A stretch of DNA of 61,717 nucleotides, counting the filler, from Trichosphaerium sp. ATCC 40318 (Eukaryota; Protista; Tubulinea): assembly GCA_038496445.1 (NCBI GenBank). It is 3 parts of 3 records of this genome, joined end to end, with 100 filler letters (N's around TTAATTAATTAA, not from the genome) between each part and the next. Parts side by side here need not be neighbours in the genome. Positions count along the whole stretch, not along the records: positions 1 to 26,364 come from JALMLS010000176.1; 2 more parts are not named here. One strand, 5' to 3'. A program made the position numbers and the translations under genes. The notes under the pieces are model-generated. The model did no database searches. It was given only the letters and a program-made list of their open reading frames with translations, and was not told the origin of the DNA. Shown here piece after piece: positions 1 to 11,844 of this stretch (its first letter is position 1; every line of letters starts with the position of its first letter).

Positions 1-2
1 TG

Positions 3-161
3 TTATTACCAAGATCAAGAAGAGATTCGGCTAAAATAGACTATGTATGGCAAAGAACAAATAGTAGACGTAGTCATTTCGGTATTCACTCAGATGATGA
101 CTTAATTGCTGAGAAGGGAGGTGATGATGAAAGAGGAAGAGTTTTCAAGTTAGAGTTCTAA
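3..161 (+). CDS. 3' end of an unknown gene cut by the window edge
   Basis: Open frame LLPRSRRDSAKIDYVWQ...GRVFKLEF* from the window start; no family recognised. Confidence 0.3.
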   Translation, partial: LLPRSRRDSAKIDYVWQRTNSRRSHFGIHSDDDLIAEKGGDDERGRVFKLEF

Positions 162-679
162 CACTCTCGTTGACTTTCTTCTATAAACTAACCAAGGAAC
201 ACTAACTAAGACAATGTTGGGAGGAAGACAAAATGTCTTGTGGCTCTAGCGCAGCGCCAAGCATTTGTTATATTATACAAGAACACTTGGAAAATAAAAG
301 AAAGGTTTTACAGTTGTTAAAAACAAATTGAAAGGGAAATTTTTGGGTGGGATGTGGGTGATTGCTGCTCGCCATGTTGTGAAAGCTTTGTCGATTATTG
401 TTGATTTATACGCAGTCAACTGAAGTTTACCCAAACGTCTGTAACGGAGCAAAACACGTGTACAGCCAAAAAAAAACGTTTCAGATTTGTTGGCCTTTAC
501 GCGCGTAGATAATACTTGAGTGACTATTTGTATCCCTTTCAGGGCGTTGTGAGCCAAGGGCAAAAAACTCAAAATGCGCTAGATCTATTTCGCTGAAATG
601 TCGTTTTAATTGGAGCTTAACATTGATTTGTTATTAACCGGCACGTGTACTATTAGGTATTATTAGGTGTATCAATACA

Positions 680-2215
680 ATGGAGAAGAAGGAAACAGAT
701 TTATTACCTTTTGAATCGTTTCCGCGTGAAATACTTGTGTTAATCATCTATAACCTCGATGTGGAACATTTAGTAGCTCTTGGCGCTACTTCTAAATCTT
801 TTAGATCATTTACATCTGATAACTTTTTGTGGCAACGTTTTTACGCCCAACAATTCGGATCAGAACCTAAAGGTACAGTTCCAAGCGTGAAAATACATTT
901 TACAGACAAACTTCAACAGGTGATAACATCAAGAGCGCTTTTATCTACGACTGGACACACAAGGTACTAATCTAACTGGATCCATTGCAACCTATCAAAA
1001 CAAAGCCCTCTAGGAGCTACGAATTTCATTTTTTTTCAAAACTACTCTAGAAGTTAACAGCTTTCTGGTAGGTGGTCATGCTCTCAGTTTCCAGGTGATC
1101 TCTTTTAAACGTTTTGCTACTAGAAAAGGTTAACGTCTTCCCAGTTCGTACGATAACGAAGTATCAAAACATTTACCAAAGTTGGAAATGTCAAAGACAT
1201 CCGTAAGAAAAATCACAGCGTCCGACATTGAAGTACGTGTTTACACAGATAAAGTTAACTTGAACACTGCCTAATCAACATGTTTTTTTAAGATAAAGTG
1301 TTGTTTCTGTGGAGGTGGAGGCGTAGGATGTGTATGTCAAGGTTTTTTTTTCTGTCACGTGATAAAACACGTGTTTTTGCGTTAACTCAACAAACTCTTG
1401 ATAATAGACTGCTATAATTACAAGATACATAACTGGTCGGTTCCTGGATGAATACGATCCAACAATAGGTAAGTGAAGCTTTAGTAACATGACTTGTTGC
1501 ATTGTACTTCATGATATTACCACACTCACACTGAATTTAGAAGACGAAACGATAATGTCCATCAAAAAGGGAAATTTTTATGCTAAATTTAGTGTAATAG
1601 ATACCGCTGGCCAAGAAGAGTGCGTATACATATCAGACCATTTTGTTTTGTCTTTGTGAATTTACTTTTTATCAGGTACAGTGCAATGCGTGATCAATAT
1701 ATGCACAGGGAAGAGATATTTGTTCTTGTTTACTCTAGTAGCAGTAGATCAAGCTTTGATGAACTTGTACCGTTTAGAGACCAGATCATGCGTGTTAAGG
1801 ATATCGAAGTATTCCCAATGATATTAGTACTGCTCTTTTGCTGCGATTTTCGTGATGGTTCTGGACTGTTTGGTCACTTTTGTTTTGTAGGTTGCGAATA
1901 AGTGTGATCTAGATTATGAAACACAAGTACACGAATCTGAAGGTGTAGAACGTGCAAAGTCATGGGGAGCACGTTTTATTTCTGTGAGTTGTAAAACAGG
2001 CCAAAATATTGAACAGCTTTTTGAACTTATCGTTGAACACTATCAACAAATGGTGTTAAAGTTGCCACCTGTAAGGTATTGTCTATTTACAATATTTTGC
2101 TATTTTTAAAAATTATTTCGGTTTCACGTGTTACGTTCCTAACCCTAAAAATAGTACTACAAAAAGTAAATCCAAGATATCCAAATTTTTCTCTAAGATG
2201 CTTGGCAAGAAATGA
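680..2215 (+). CDS. Multi-exon F-box + Ras-family small GTPase fusion protein with an atypical P-loop
   Basis: Exon 1 is an F-box (FESFPREILVLIIYNLDVEHLVALGATSKSFR..DNFLW). Later exons read CFCGGGGVGC|TAIITRYITGRFLDEYDPTI|ED, IDTAGQEE|YSAMRDQYM, VANKCDL, VSCKTGQNIEQLF, with GT-AG introns; stop TGA at 2213-2215. Confidence 0.85.
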
Positions 2216-3106
2216 TATTACTCGTATAAACTAAGCACTTAATTTATGGCACTCTATATAATTACAAGAAACGCCATGATGACTCAAGTGTGTTTGTAAA
2301 CTCTACTGTTATGGCCTTTTTTATCAGAGCATTAATACATTTACGTGTAATACAATCGTTTCTTTTGTTTCCCTTTGAAATGACTAACTTATGTACAGTC
2401 TTGGCTTATTGTTGGTACATGTGCTTTGAACGGAAAAGGATTAGGAGAATCATTACACTGGTTAGCAGATAGAGTTGACATTTAGAAAATAAATAAGATA
2501 TTGAATACAGGTTGCACAACCGAAAAAGTTATCCAACAAATACAGCGCATGTGTAACATTAAATGAGCACTTGCAGAAAGTCTTTTTGATAAGTTGATCT
2601 TTAAAATGCTTCGTAAGTTTAATGAAGGTTGTAAATGGTTTGTCCAGCTCAAAATGGCTATACATAATCAAAACAACTTGCTTCCTTCTTTAAGAAGTGA
2701 CCCAGTTATGTGGGGAGCGTCAGTAGCGGTAGTATCCTGGTATACACAAAAAAGATAAAGGATTTTAGGATGCAACACATTATCTTCTCTAATGGCATGC
2801 TTGACTCTAGCTACTCTGTTGATTACAAGTAGTCTTAAACACTAAAATCAAAAGTTCACGTGATATTTTGGGTCTCATTACATTTTGCCCAAACCTCTAT
2901 TTTAATACTTTGCATGCGTAGTAAAATGTAACAAGTAAATTCTTTGGCTTCAAGAACGTTTTTGAAACTATTTTCGGTATTTCGAAAAAAAAGTCACTCC
3001 AACTCCTTAAGGGCATGCACAGTGATTAGGGTAATGTATAAAGACAGGAAGGTTTTGTGGCAGCGGACCGCTAATGAACCGGTTTTTTTCGTTTCAGTCC
3101 GAGACC

Positions 3107-3221
3107 GGTATTTCTGGTGGTACTGTGTATTACAAAGGGACTACAAAACGTATTAAAGAATGGTACGAAAATGGCAACTTATGCCTTTCTGGCTACAAGC
3201 GAGGTAACTCTGTTGAAATTG
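3107..3221 (+). repeat. Short near-identical copy of part of the MORN gene at about 13503-13627
   Basis: TGGTACT(G/A)TGTATTACAAAGGGACTACAAAACG...CTCTGTTGAA occurs at both sites with few substitutions and a small deletion at the 5' side. Confidence 0.85.
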
Positions 3222-3554
3222 ACTGGCCACCCTGCGTCAACATACTTTTTCCACTGAAATATCATTCTAACTTAACAGGCCTTAAGCAGTGGATCCACTC
3301 GTTAATCCATTATGGTTTTCGTTCAACAGACGGATACCAAATTGTCACGAACATTAGAAACGTATAATCCTTTGAACGTTCTGTAACCTTCTTTTGCGGG
3401 CTTGCTTTACAGCTCAATGACTGTATTTTTAGGAAGGTACACATAAATTCAGTGAGCGGCTGTCATTCTAGAAAAAATTTTCTCGGCTTTCGGGCTTCGG
3501 GTTTCGTATTTTTATAAATTTTAATTCACTTTATTTACCTTCCGCTCTTAACAG

Positions 3555-5764
3555 ATGGACAATAAGGGTATCAAATCCAGTTTACTGGTATGTTTTGTAC
3601 TGCTTGCTATTGCTACAGCCCAAGGTACAGGTTGGGGATCAAAGAAAACTACAAACAGAGTTAATTGACGGTTAAATAGATCCAATCGCACACTTGAAGT
3701 TTGATGGTGACTTTGAAGGAGATTTGTTAACAACGGCAGGAACGGAAGATCCAATATTTGTTGCGGATCGCTTTGGAAATGCCAACAGCGCTATATACTT
3801 CGGAGAGGAATCAAAGCCAGTTCGCATTAGTACGTAACGCAGTACAGAAAGGATATTTTACCAAAAAACGCGCTACACGCTTTAAAAACTACTCCTCTAC
3901 GTTGATCGTCGCGTTTACGTGCGTTTTTAGGTAATACAACAATACAAAGCGTATTTAAAAGCGCTCCTATGACTCTTTCCTTCTGGATGAGCCGTAAGTA
4001 CAGACGTACACAGCCTATATTCGATGCTCGCGATACACCACAAAATGGTGGGTTTGAAGCTTACGTTGGGACGAATGGAGATGGAATTACAATGTGTTCA
4101 GCAAACGCTTGCAGTGGCAGAGCATGGCAGGATAATTTACCTGCAGGAACATGGTTTTTATTGACGTTTGTCGTTCAATCTGCAAACACAAACATCGAGT
4201 TCTATGTCAACAATGTTCTTGCAACAGATTTTGTAGTTACTGGAGGACCCGTATTATCTGCAACGTCTAATTTTTTACCTATTATTGGTGGAGATGGTAT
4301 GTCATCTTCCAGTGCATTCAAATTTGACCCTGTTTTCAAACACACTATCACGTGACTTTGCTGAAAAAAATTTTTCATATTATTTATGTGTTGTGTTTGT
4401 TTTTTTTGTTGTACGTCTCATTCTCTTATTTTTGGATAGCAATCCGAAGTGGAAATGGCTACGCGATAGATGACATGAAATTTTGGGATAGTGCACTTGA
4501 TTCGACAGAAAGGTACTCTTTTGTTTAGTTGCGTTACTAATACGCTCTAGATCGGCACAACTTGACTTTACTTATCCTCCTTTTGCACCCTTTAATCAAG
4601 GACTTGAACCTGGTAAGAAGACTTTCTTTTATATAGCCGTTTTTACAATGTACTTGATAAGGGGTTAATAAGTTATTATTATAGAGGCTCATATTACATT
4701 TGATGGTATAGGCGAGATTGGAGGAATGTATACAGACGCTGGTACTGATCCAGAGTTTGAAGCTGACCGATTTGGAAACCCAAACAGTGCACTTTGTTTC
4801 GAGGACGGAGCAAAGGAACTAGAAATAAGTACGCTACAATATACCTGAAAGGGTTATGGTGTGTTCTTATAGACTAACGAAATCTATCAAAGCTGATGAA
4901 GATGTCTTCGCTGCTATTAAAAAAGCACCGCTAACAATCGCTTTTTGGCTAAGCAGAGAAAAAAACCAACGTCAAAGAATACTCACCTTTCGTGACAATC
5001 CTAACAGTGTTGGATTGGAGCTTTACTCCGGTATTAACGGTACCAGGCTGACTATGTGTGTGACTAGTAGCTGTAGTGGTACTGCTTGGACAGATGACAC
5101 CCCTGCAAGGACATGGAATCTGATAATGCTTGAAATAATTAACACTAATAATCAAATTACTTTGTCTGTCAATAATGAAGTCGCAAAAGTATTTGAAGTT
5201 ACTCCACCTGTACTTGGTAATGCTCAATCTAGAAGACCTATTATTGGAGGTACGTGGTTTAAACAATACCTAGAAAGCTTTTAAAGTTCGACAAACGTAG
5301 TCACGTGTTTCTTTTTATATTTGGTTACAACTTATTTGCTATAGAAACTACTACAGGTTTGAGTGGTAATGGTACTTGTATCGATGATTTCAGAGTATAC
5401 TCAAGGATGCTAGAACAGTGGGAAAAGTGCGTTTTTTGTTAATTGTCAACTCTATGGTTATTGACATTCTCGTGCTAGAAACGCTTTACTTGACTTCCCG
5501 CCGACTCCACCACCCACCTCCGCACCAACGACTATATCTCCAACTACAGCAGAACCAACTGCTCCAATTGGACCAACACCAATAGCTCCCTCTGTGCCTC
5601 CGACAACAGCTACACCAACAGCTCCAATTCCCCCAACCACAGTAGCGCCAACAGATCCTACTACTCAGGCCCCAGTAGCACCAAGTTCGCAAACAACAAG
5701 TGGTTTTACATGTGATAAAGCTGCAGTGTCAGCAATCGTAGCTCTCTTGTTTCTACTCTTGTAG
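3555..5764 (+). CDS. Multi-exon secreted/surface protein: two LamG (concanavalin A-like) domains, Pro/Thr-rich stalk, hydrophobic C-terminus (possible GPI signal)
   Basis: Signal peptide MDNKGIKSSLLVCFVLLAIATAQ; duplicated unit DRFGNxNSALxF...T(L/I)xFW...W.L...(F/L)xVNN...IDDx(K/R); PTPPPTSAPTTISPT stalk; ends AAVSAIVALLFLLL*. Confidence 0.75.
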
Positions 5765-6834
5765 CTGAATGGATTGATCACGTAATAAATCATTGTTAGA
5801 CAAAGTTATCTAAATGCGTACTTACAAATAACCCACCGTATAGGTGGACATATTACCACCCATTAACTAAGTAATTGTGTTTTGACAAAACTATTAGCTA
5901 AAACTAGCAAGTTCTGTAAACTTTACAGTGAAAGATTTTTGCCTTTTTTTCACTGAACAATACTCAACAGACATTAATTTGAATTAGAGAACCATTGTTT
6001 GCAACTGAAAAAAACCAAAGAGAACTGCAAAAGCAGCACACAAACCACAATAAACCTTTGCGAATGGAGGAAACAACAACAAAAGCAACCCTAGTCTTAC
6101 AAAAGCCAGGAACATACACCATTACAATCAACCCAAACAAAATCACATGAGGATGCTCCGAAGCACCGTGATCTATGCTGTACAGTATTCTACGAAGGTA
6201 CATTTTAGCCTACAGCTAACAATGACAGGCAAATAGTACGATATCTAAAACACTATGTAGAAGCTAGTACCACATGGCATCAAGCTGGAGAGCATATTGT
6301 TGACTTTGTAAATGGGCTGCCAAATCCTAAGAACCAATTTAAAAGTAGTACAGTAAGCAAAATGCACTACAACAACTGTATCATGAATACAGTCTACTAC
6401 TACGATGGAGTCACCGAATTGTGTTTATTCTGAATCTAAGCTTCACTTTGAACTTCACCTACTGGGCGACGGAGGATGGGAATTTCTCGCACCAGTACGT
6501 TGCCTGCTCTAACAGAGCAATTAGTGTCCAAACTAACAGCTTGTTTAGCGACTGCTCAAGCGGTGTTTGGAAAGTTTGGGAACAGACTCGCAGCTACAGG
6601 TGTTGCTCTCACTGAAACATCACAAGGACGTGACTCTAAATCTCTATTCATTCCATTCTATTGGGAGTAACTGTCCCTCGTTCGAGCAAGTTACTTCATA
6701 CCTTTGGACTACAAGCTTGTTGGTTCAATAAATAGTCTATTTTTGTTAAGGCACGTGTTTTTTAGTTATATTATTTACCTCTCAACACGATGTCAAAAGC
6801 TTGTCATTACTGTATAAGCGTTGTAGTCATAATT

Positions 6835-6989
6835 CTTAGAGAATATTATGATAACGGTGTTCTTGTAGTAAGTATATGAACAACAAACTTGAAGGAGGAA
6901 GGACTGTACAAGAAATGGTAGGCTTGAAACCAAGGTACAATATGTAAAAGGAAAGAACATGTACCTGAAGAGACAAGGTATGAGAATGG
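6835..6989 (+). pseudogene. 5' part of an intronless MORN-variant repeat gene, interrupted by MULE-1
   Basis: Degenerate repeats REYYDNG, GRLETKVQYVKGKEH, RYENG; the frame resumes at 13366 after the duplicated target site. Confidence 0.65.
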
Positions 6990-8057
6990 GGAGAGAGGTG
7001 AAAATCCCCGCTTTTCGAGATAAAATCCCCGCGCGGGTATTTTCACCCCTTGGTGTTGTGTTTATGGGCGTTTGGTTTTCTCGTGTTGTACTCACGTGAT
7101 GCGTTTTTGTATTGTTCACGTGTTGTTTAAGCGTAATAAAGTTTAAATATACATAAATACAAGAAATGGAGGAGCAAGTCCTTGTTAAAGACTTGCCAGA
7201 GCTGTTAAACGTGCACAGTGAAACCACTGTGTACAATGCCGAGTGGAGATGCCAGTACACAACTCGAGCAAACGGAACAAAGCGAAAAAAGACAATGCGC
7301 TGCCACAACTCCATAAAAAAGACAAGACGGGTACTTGGAGGAAAAAAGTTTGCAAATCCACGCTTTGCAGGCGAAGATGCGCTTAAATATTTCTCTGTAC
7401 CTGCAGATAAGGTTCCCCGTAATGTTATCCTCTGCAAAGAGACTTTGGAGTGTACAACATGTGACTCTGATTGTGATTGCGTATTGACGTGGGAAATACG
7501 TACTTCAGATCAAACCTACGCGACTGTAACCATAAAAGGCTCTCACAAATCAAATTGGAAAGCCCGACAAGACATTTCGCTTAAATATTACAAACACTTG
7601 GTGCGTGTAACTCCTGATAATAGCGTAAGTTAACCAAAAATGGTAGGCTCGGAAACGTCTCATTTTAGAAGATGAGTACGGCATATCAGAAAGATTTGGT
7701 AGAGCAAAGCCCTCGGCATTTGTTTCTGATGCACTACCAAAACTGAAACGAGAACTGATGAATAATCACAGCCATCCTCTCATCAAAGATGTATATGACA
7801 TTAAATGGAACATCTCAGCGACAAAAATAAAAGAATGGAGCAAACACAATCAAAATATTGAGCCGTAAGTATTTAAATACTAAAACAAAGTTTGTTTATT
7901 TTTTTATAGGTCTACAAACATTGTGGATGAAGTACTCAACTTTTTAGACCAAGCTCAGTTTAAAGATTACATCCTTTACCCTAAACAACCTGAGCACAAG
8001 CCAACGCACAAGGACAGCCACTTTTGTATTGTGCTGGCAACCCCAGAAAGTCTGAAA

Positions 8058-9117
8058 CAGGTCTAAAAAAATATACCAGTTTTTTTGGTATATACCACTT
8101 TTATACCACTTTTTTATACCAGTTTTTTATGGTATATACCAAAAAAAGTGGTATATTTTGACTGAAATATACCAAAAAAAGTGGTATATTGACCAAATAT
8201 ACCAACAATATACCAAAAAAAACAGGTATAAAAACAGAAAATATACCACTTTTTTTCACCAGAAAAAAAAAAATATACCACTTTTTTATACCACTTTTTT
8301 TAGGTATATACCAGTTATATACCACTTTTTTATAGCAGTTTTTCATGGTATATACCACTCTTATATACCACTTTATGCTTACTTATAGTACACCTGCAAT
8401 TCCAGAAAATACACTTTATTTAATACACAGTTTGTGAGTTACAAGTTTTGGACAATGTCCACTACAGTTACATTACTATGGGCGTCTGGAAAATTTGTCC
8501 ATCTCCATGAGCTTGCTGTACCTACTGTAAAAACATGCTGCGCACCTAATGAAAGTGGCTCCACCTGAATCTATCAATTACTAAGGCCTACGGAGGTCGG
8601 TTAATGTATATCAAACGAAAATAAAATAAAACTTTGTCTGGTACCCACGAACGTCTGTATAATACCTGCAATATAGTTTCCTCAATGTTTGTAATGGAAT
8701 CAGGTCCTGCGGTCCGAATGAGCTTGGTTTGGTTAGATTCTATGATATACTAAGGTCCCTACGCACCGTTCAATGTATGACGTCCATGATCGTTCAACAA
8801 GAAAACCCATTACCAAAAAGCTCCTTAATGACCTTCTTGAAGCATACCATAAAAGTGGTATATACCAATAAAAAGGTGGTATATACCACATACCATAAAA
8901 AAGTGGTATATACCACTTTATATACCATTTTTAGAAGGTCTCATTATGTGAATGAAAAGTGGTATATACCACTTCTATATACCACTTTTTTATTCACTTA
9001 ATTTTTAAAAAAAGTGGTATTTCAAAATGGTATATACCAGTTCATATACCATTTTGTTGAAAAAAGTGGTATATACCATAAAAAAACTGGTATATACCAC
9101 TTTAATTTTTAGACCTG
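8058..9117. mobile_element. Nested non-autonomous TIR element (CMC/EnSpm-like architecture) with subterminal repeat arrays
   Basis: Ends CAGGTCTAAAAA / TTTTTAGACCTG; 2-bp TSD AA; removal restores CTG AAA TAC (L-K-Y) in the transposase frame; many TATACCA/TGGTATA motifs in both arms. Confidence 0.85.
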
Positions 9118-9318
9118 AATACTTACACAAATACGGAAAAAAAGTGGTCGGCATAGACAGCGTATATAAATTCAACGCATACTCTTTTCCTATTTGGGGT
9201 ATGGTATGTGAAGACCCTCACACAGGAAGAGGATTCCTAGGAGCATTATGCATTGCTTCAAGTAGCGAAGCAGAAAATGTACAAGCTTTTTTAGACGTGA
9301 TAAAAATAAAAATGAAAT

Positions 9319-10352
9319 CAGTGGTAAAATGAAAACGGGATTTTGGATATAAATCCCACTAAATTCCTTTGTTTTAGGGATTTTTAAGGTAATTTGTGAA
9401 GAATTCTTATTTTTATTTTTTTTTATGGCAGGATTTTTGATAGAATTACCATAATATTCCCTTAAATACGGAATTTTCAGAATTATTGTACAAAATCCAC
9501 CAAATAATGTACTAATTTAGTTAGGGTTAGGGTTAGGGCTAGGGTTGAGGTTTATGAAAGTACAAATTAAGTTAGGGTTAGGGTTTAGTTTTATATTTGC
9601 AAAAAACCATCAAAACCTTAGGTACATAGGTTTTTCTAGCGAACAATATCCACATGCTATTATTAAAGGTGAAAAAACCAATGGTACAGGTTAAAGTGCG
9701 TTAATCAAAAAAGTAACGGAGAATGCGTTTTAGGTGGTTTGGAAAATCACTTAAACATAAATATCTCTTACTTATCTGTTTTAGGATGATTAAAGCATTG
9801 CAACAGCCTTATTACACCATTAAAGAATGTATTTAAAGCATTAACTCCAAGTATGTTGTTTTTAAAGCTTATTTCCACTTAATTTATCAAAAAACCCTAC
9901 GCGTTCTTAATTTAGCGTTTACAAACGCATTAATTATTGTTCAGGCTCTCAAAACCAAATGCGATCAAATTATTTCTTTCGTTTATGAAGACACGATGTA
10001 TTTAACTTGTACGTATTATTTAGGATGTTTGTATTTTGTAATGATCAATAAATAAAATGACTTTGCATTAAATCTGAACCAAAGTATCGAATAATATTTT
10101 GTGTAATTTATATAAAGTATTTTTTATTGAAATCTACAAAAAATACATTAAGAAATGCTATAAAGAATACATAGAGAATTCTATATAAAATACATACACA
10201 ATTCCAAAAGTAATACTCTAAGAATTCTATGAGTAATACTTACGGAATTTCATATAAATTCAATGGGAATTAAGGAAGAGTTTTTCCGTCTACTTTTCCC
10301 ATAGGAAAACAGGGTGGATTACTTAAAAATTCCCATTTCTATTTTACTACTG
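9319..10352. mobile_element. Second nested non-autonomous TIR element containing TTAGGG tracts
   Basis: Imperfect ~40-bp TIRs CAGTGGTAAAAT... / ...ATTTTACTACTG; begins exactly where the transposase frame breaks; flanking dinucleotides do not match (AT vs AA). Confidence 0.7.
9521..9583 (+). repeat. Interstitial telomere-type repeats (TTAGGG)3 CTAGGG and (TTAGGG)2
   Basis: Read directly at 9521-9544 and 9572-9583. Confidence 0.8.
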
Positions 10353-11519
10353 AAGTTAGTCAAAGCTCACTTGGTCTGCACTTGATTTAATAGCATATGG
10401 ACCTACGCAAATGCCATACCACACAATGCTTTGACAGTAGCCATTATTGAACATAATTGGCATATAAATGTGTGAAAAACAGTTTTAAGAGAGAAATCTG
10501 GTAACGCGCCCCAATTATGGGCGTTTTAGGGATAAATTGGCCAACTTTCTCCGATTAATGGTATTTGAGGAAGAAACCACTCCGTGTACCCCATGTTAGA
10601 ACGCTACAGTGGTATACACACCAAAAACGCGTTTAGCACTCGAAAAATGCCCATTCGCAAAAAACCTCCAATTGGAGGTTTTTTTCTCCAGCTCTCATTT
10701 TTTTCTCCCCTCCATATGCATTTTTACACTCAATCAACGCCATACAGCCTCATTTACCAAATCAGGAGCAAAATTATTTATTTTTTTTTGACATTCTTGA
10801 TATATGCCCCAATGTGTGTTAAACCACGCAATTAGTGTTATAAGGCAAAGTTGTTTCAGAGCCTACCCATTTTTCGAGTTTTTTGGTTTTTTTTGGATTT
10901 TTTTGGATTGTTTTGGTTTTTTTCCTACTAAACACCTGCATTTGCCGGAACAGATAGCATTTAGGCTCTGCACCCATGCGTTGACCTTACGAGTGATATT
11001 GTAAACTAATTGGCTAAGCCAGGGCATAAAACTAAGTCTTGACCAGTTTATTGCCCACACAACACAAGGTACGCTAGAAAGTAGTTGTTTTAAAGCTGTT
11101 TGCCATAGGTTTTACAGGCTTAATAGGTGATATAAAAAAAACAAAACGTGTTAGCCGCCCAACCAGGTACTATTCCGCTAGAACTCGTTTCCGATGAGGT
11201 TGGTAGCTATTTTCATTTCTTTGTTTTAGTCTTGGTTTGGCTTCACCATGCAGGTCATTTGTTACTCTCAGTGCTGCCATCACAACAAAACAGCAATTTT
11301 TGTACGACTATTTATTTTGTGTACAAGAAACCAAGCCGGCGCTAACTCTTCTTTTAGGTTTTGTGCTATATCCATTCAATGCACTTACAGCAAGTACGAT
11401 CTGTTCTTTTAAGGTTATTTGATCACTGCAAAAAAGGACATGGGCAAAACTAAAGGTCACGGATGTAAACAAAAAAAAAATGTATTAATAAATGTGTTTT
11501 TATTTTTAGAACAGTTTTT

Positions 11520-11844
11520 ACACGGTATAATACACCTGGTTTTGTGGTATAATCTACCAAGTTTTAAGGTATAATATACCATGCTTTATGGTATTATACT
11601 GTGTTTTATACCATGTTTTATGGTAGAATTATACCATATAATGCATTTTCAGGTGAAAAAATATGGTATAAATTTGCACTTTCTACTGTATATTTATGGT
11701 ATAATTTGGCTGTTTCATGGTATAAATCCTTTGATTTATGGTATATTATACTGGAATTTGTGGTATAAAATTGGAATCAATGGTATAATTATACCACAAA
11801 TTCATGGTATCTACCATAAAAACAGCTCAAGAATTTTAGACCTG
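11520..11844. mobile_element. Orphan right arm of an element of the CAGGTCTAAAA family
   Basis: TGGTATA array ending TTTTAGACCTG|AA, the same end as 9117; no matching left end found; transposase-like sequence resumes after it. Confidence 0.7.

Noticed and set aside
6064-6670. Possible gene between the LamG gene and the MORN pseudogene
   Set aside because: Fragments look protein-like but contain stops, and I could not build a consistent model or recognise a family.
6793-7437. 214-aa minus-strand ORF and the similar ORF at 13144-13368
   Set aside because: They read through the MULE-1 TIR or antisense to the transposase; their similarity only reflects the inverted repeat.
8070-8390. TATACCA repeats as a CRISPR array, and ORFs 8101-8358 and 8158-8388
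   Set aside because: Units are short and irregular with no unique spacers or cas genes; the ORFs are low-complexity by-products of subterminal repeats.
8058-9117. Element might be spliced out as a self-made intron (CAG|GT...AG|ACCTG)
   Set aside because: Using these sites leaves 10 extra bases and an immediate TGA (CAG ACC TGA), so the transposase frame is not restored.
10870-10940. Possible additional MULE end (GCAGG.. with AATCCAAAAA tracts on the minus strand)
   Set aside because: Similarity to the MULE-2 TIR is low-complexity, and no partner end or TSD was found.
11581-11844. N-terminal half of ORF 11581-12111
   Set aside because: It translates the TGGTATA array; only the part after 11844 looks like transposase.
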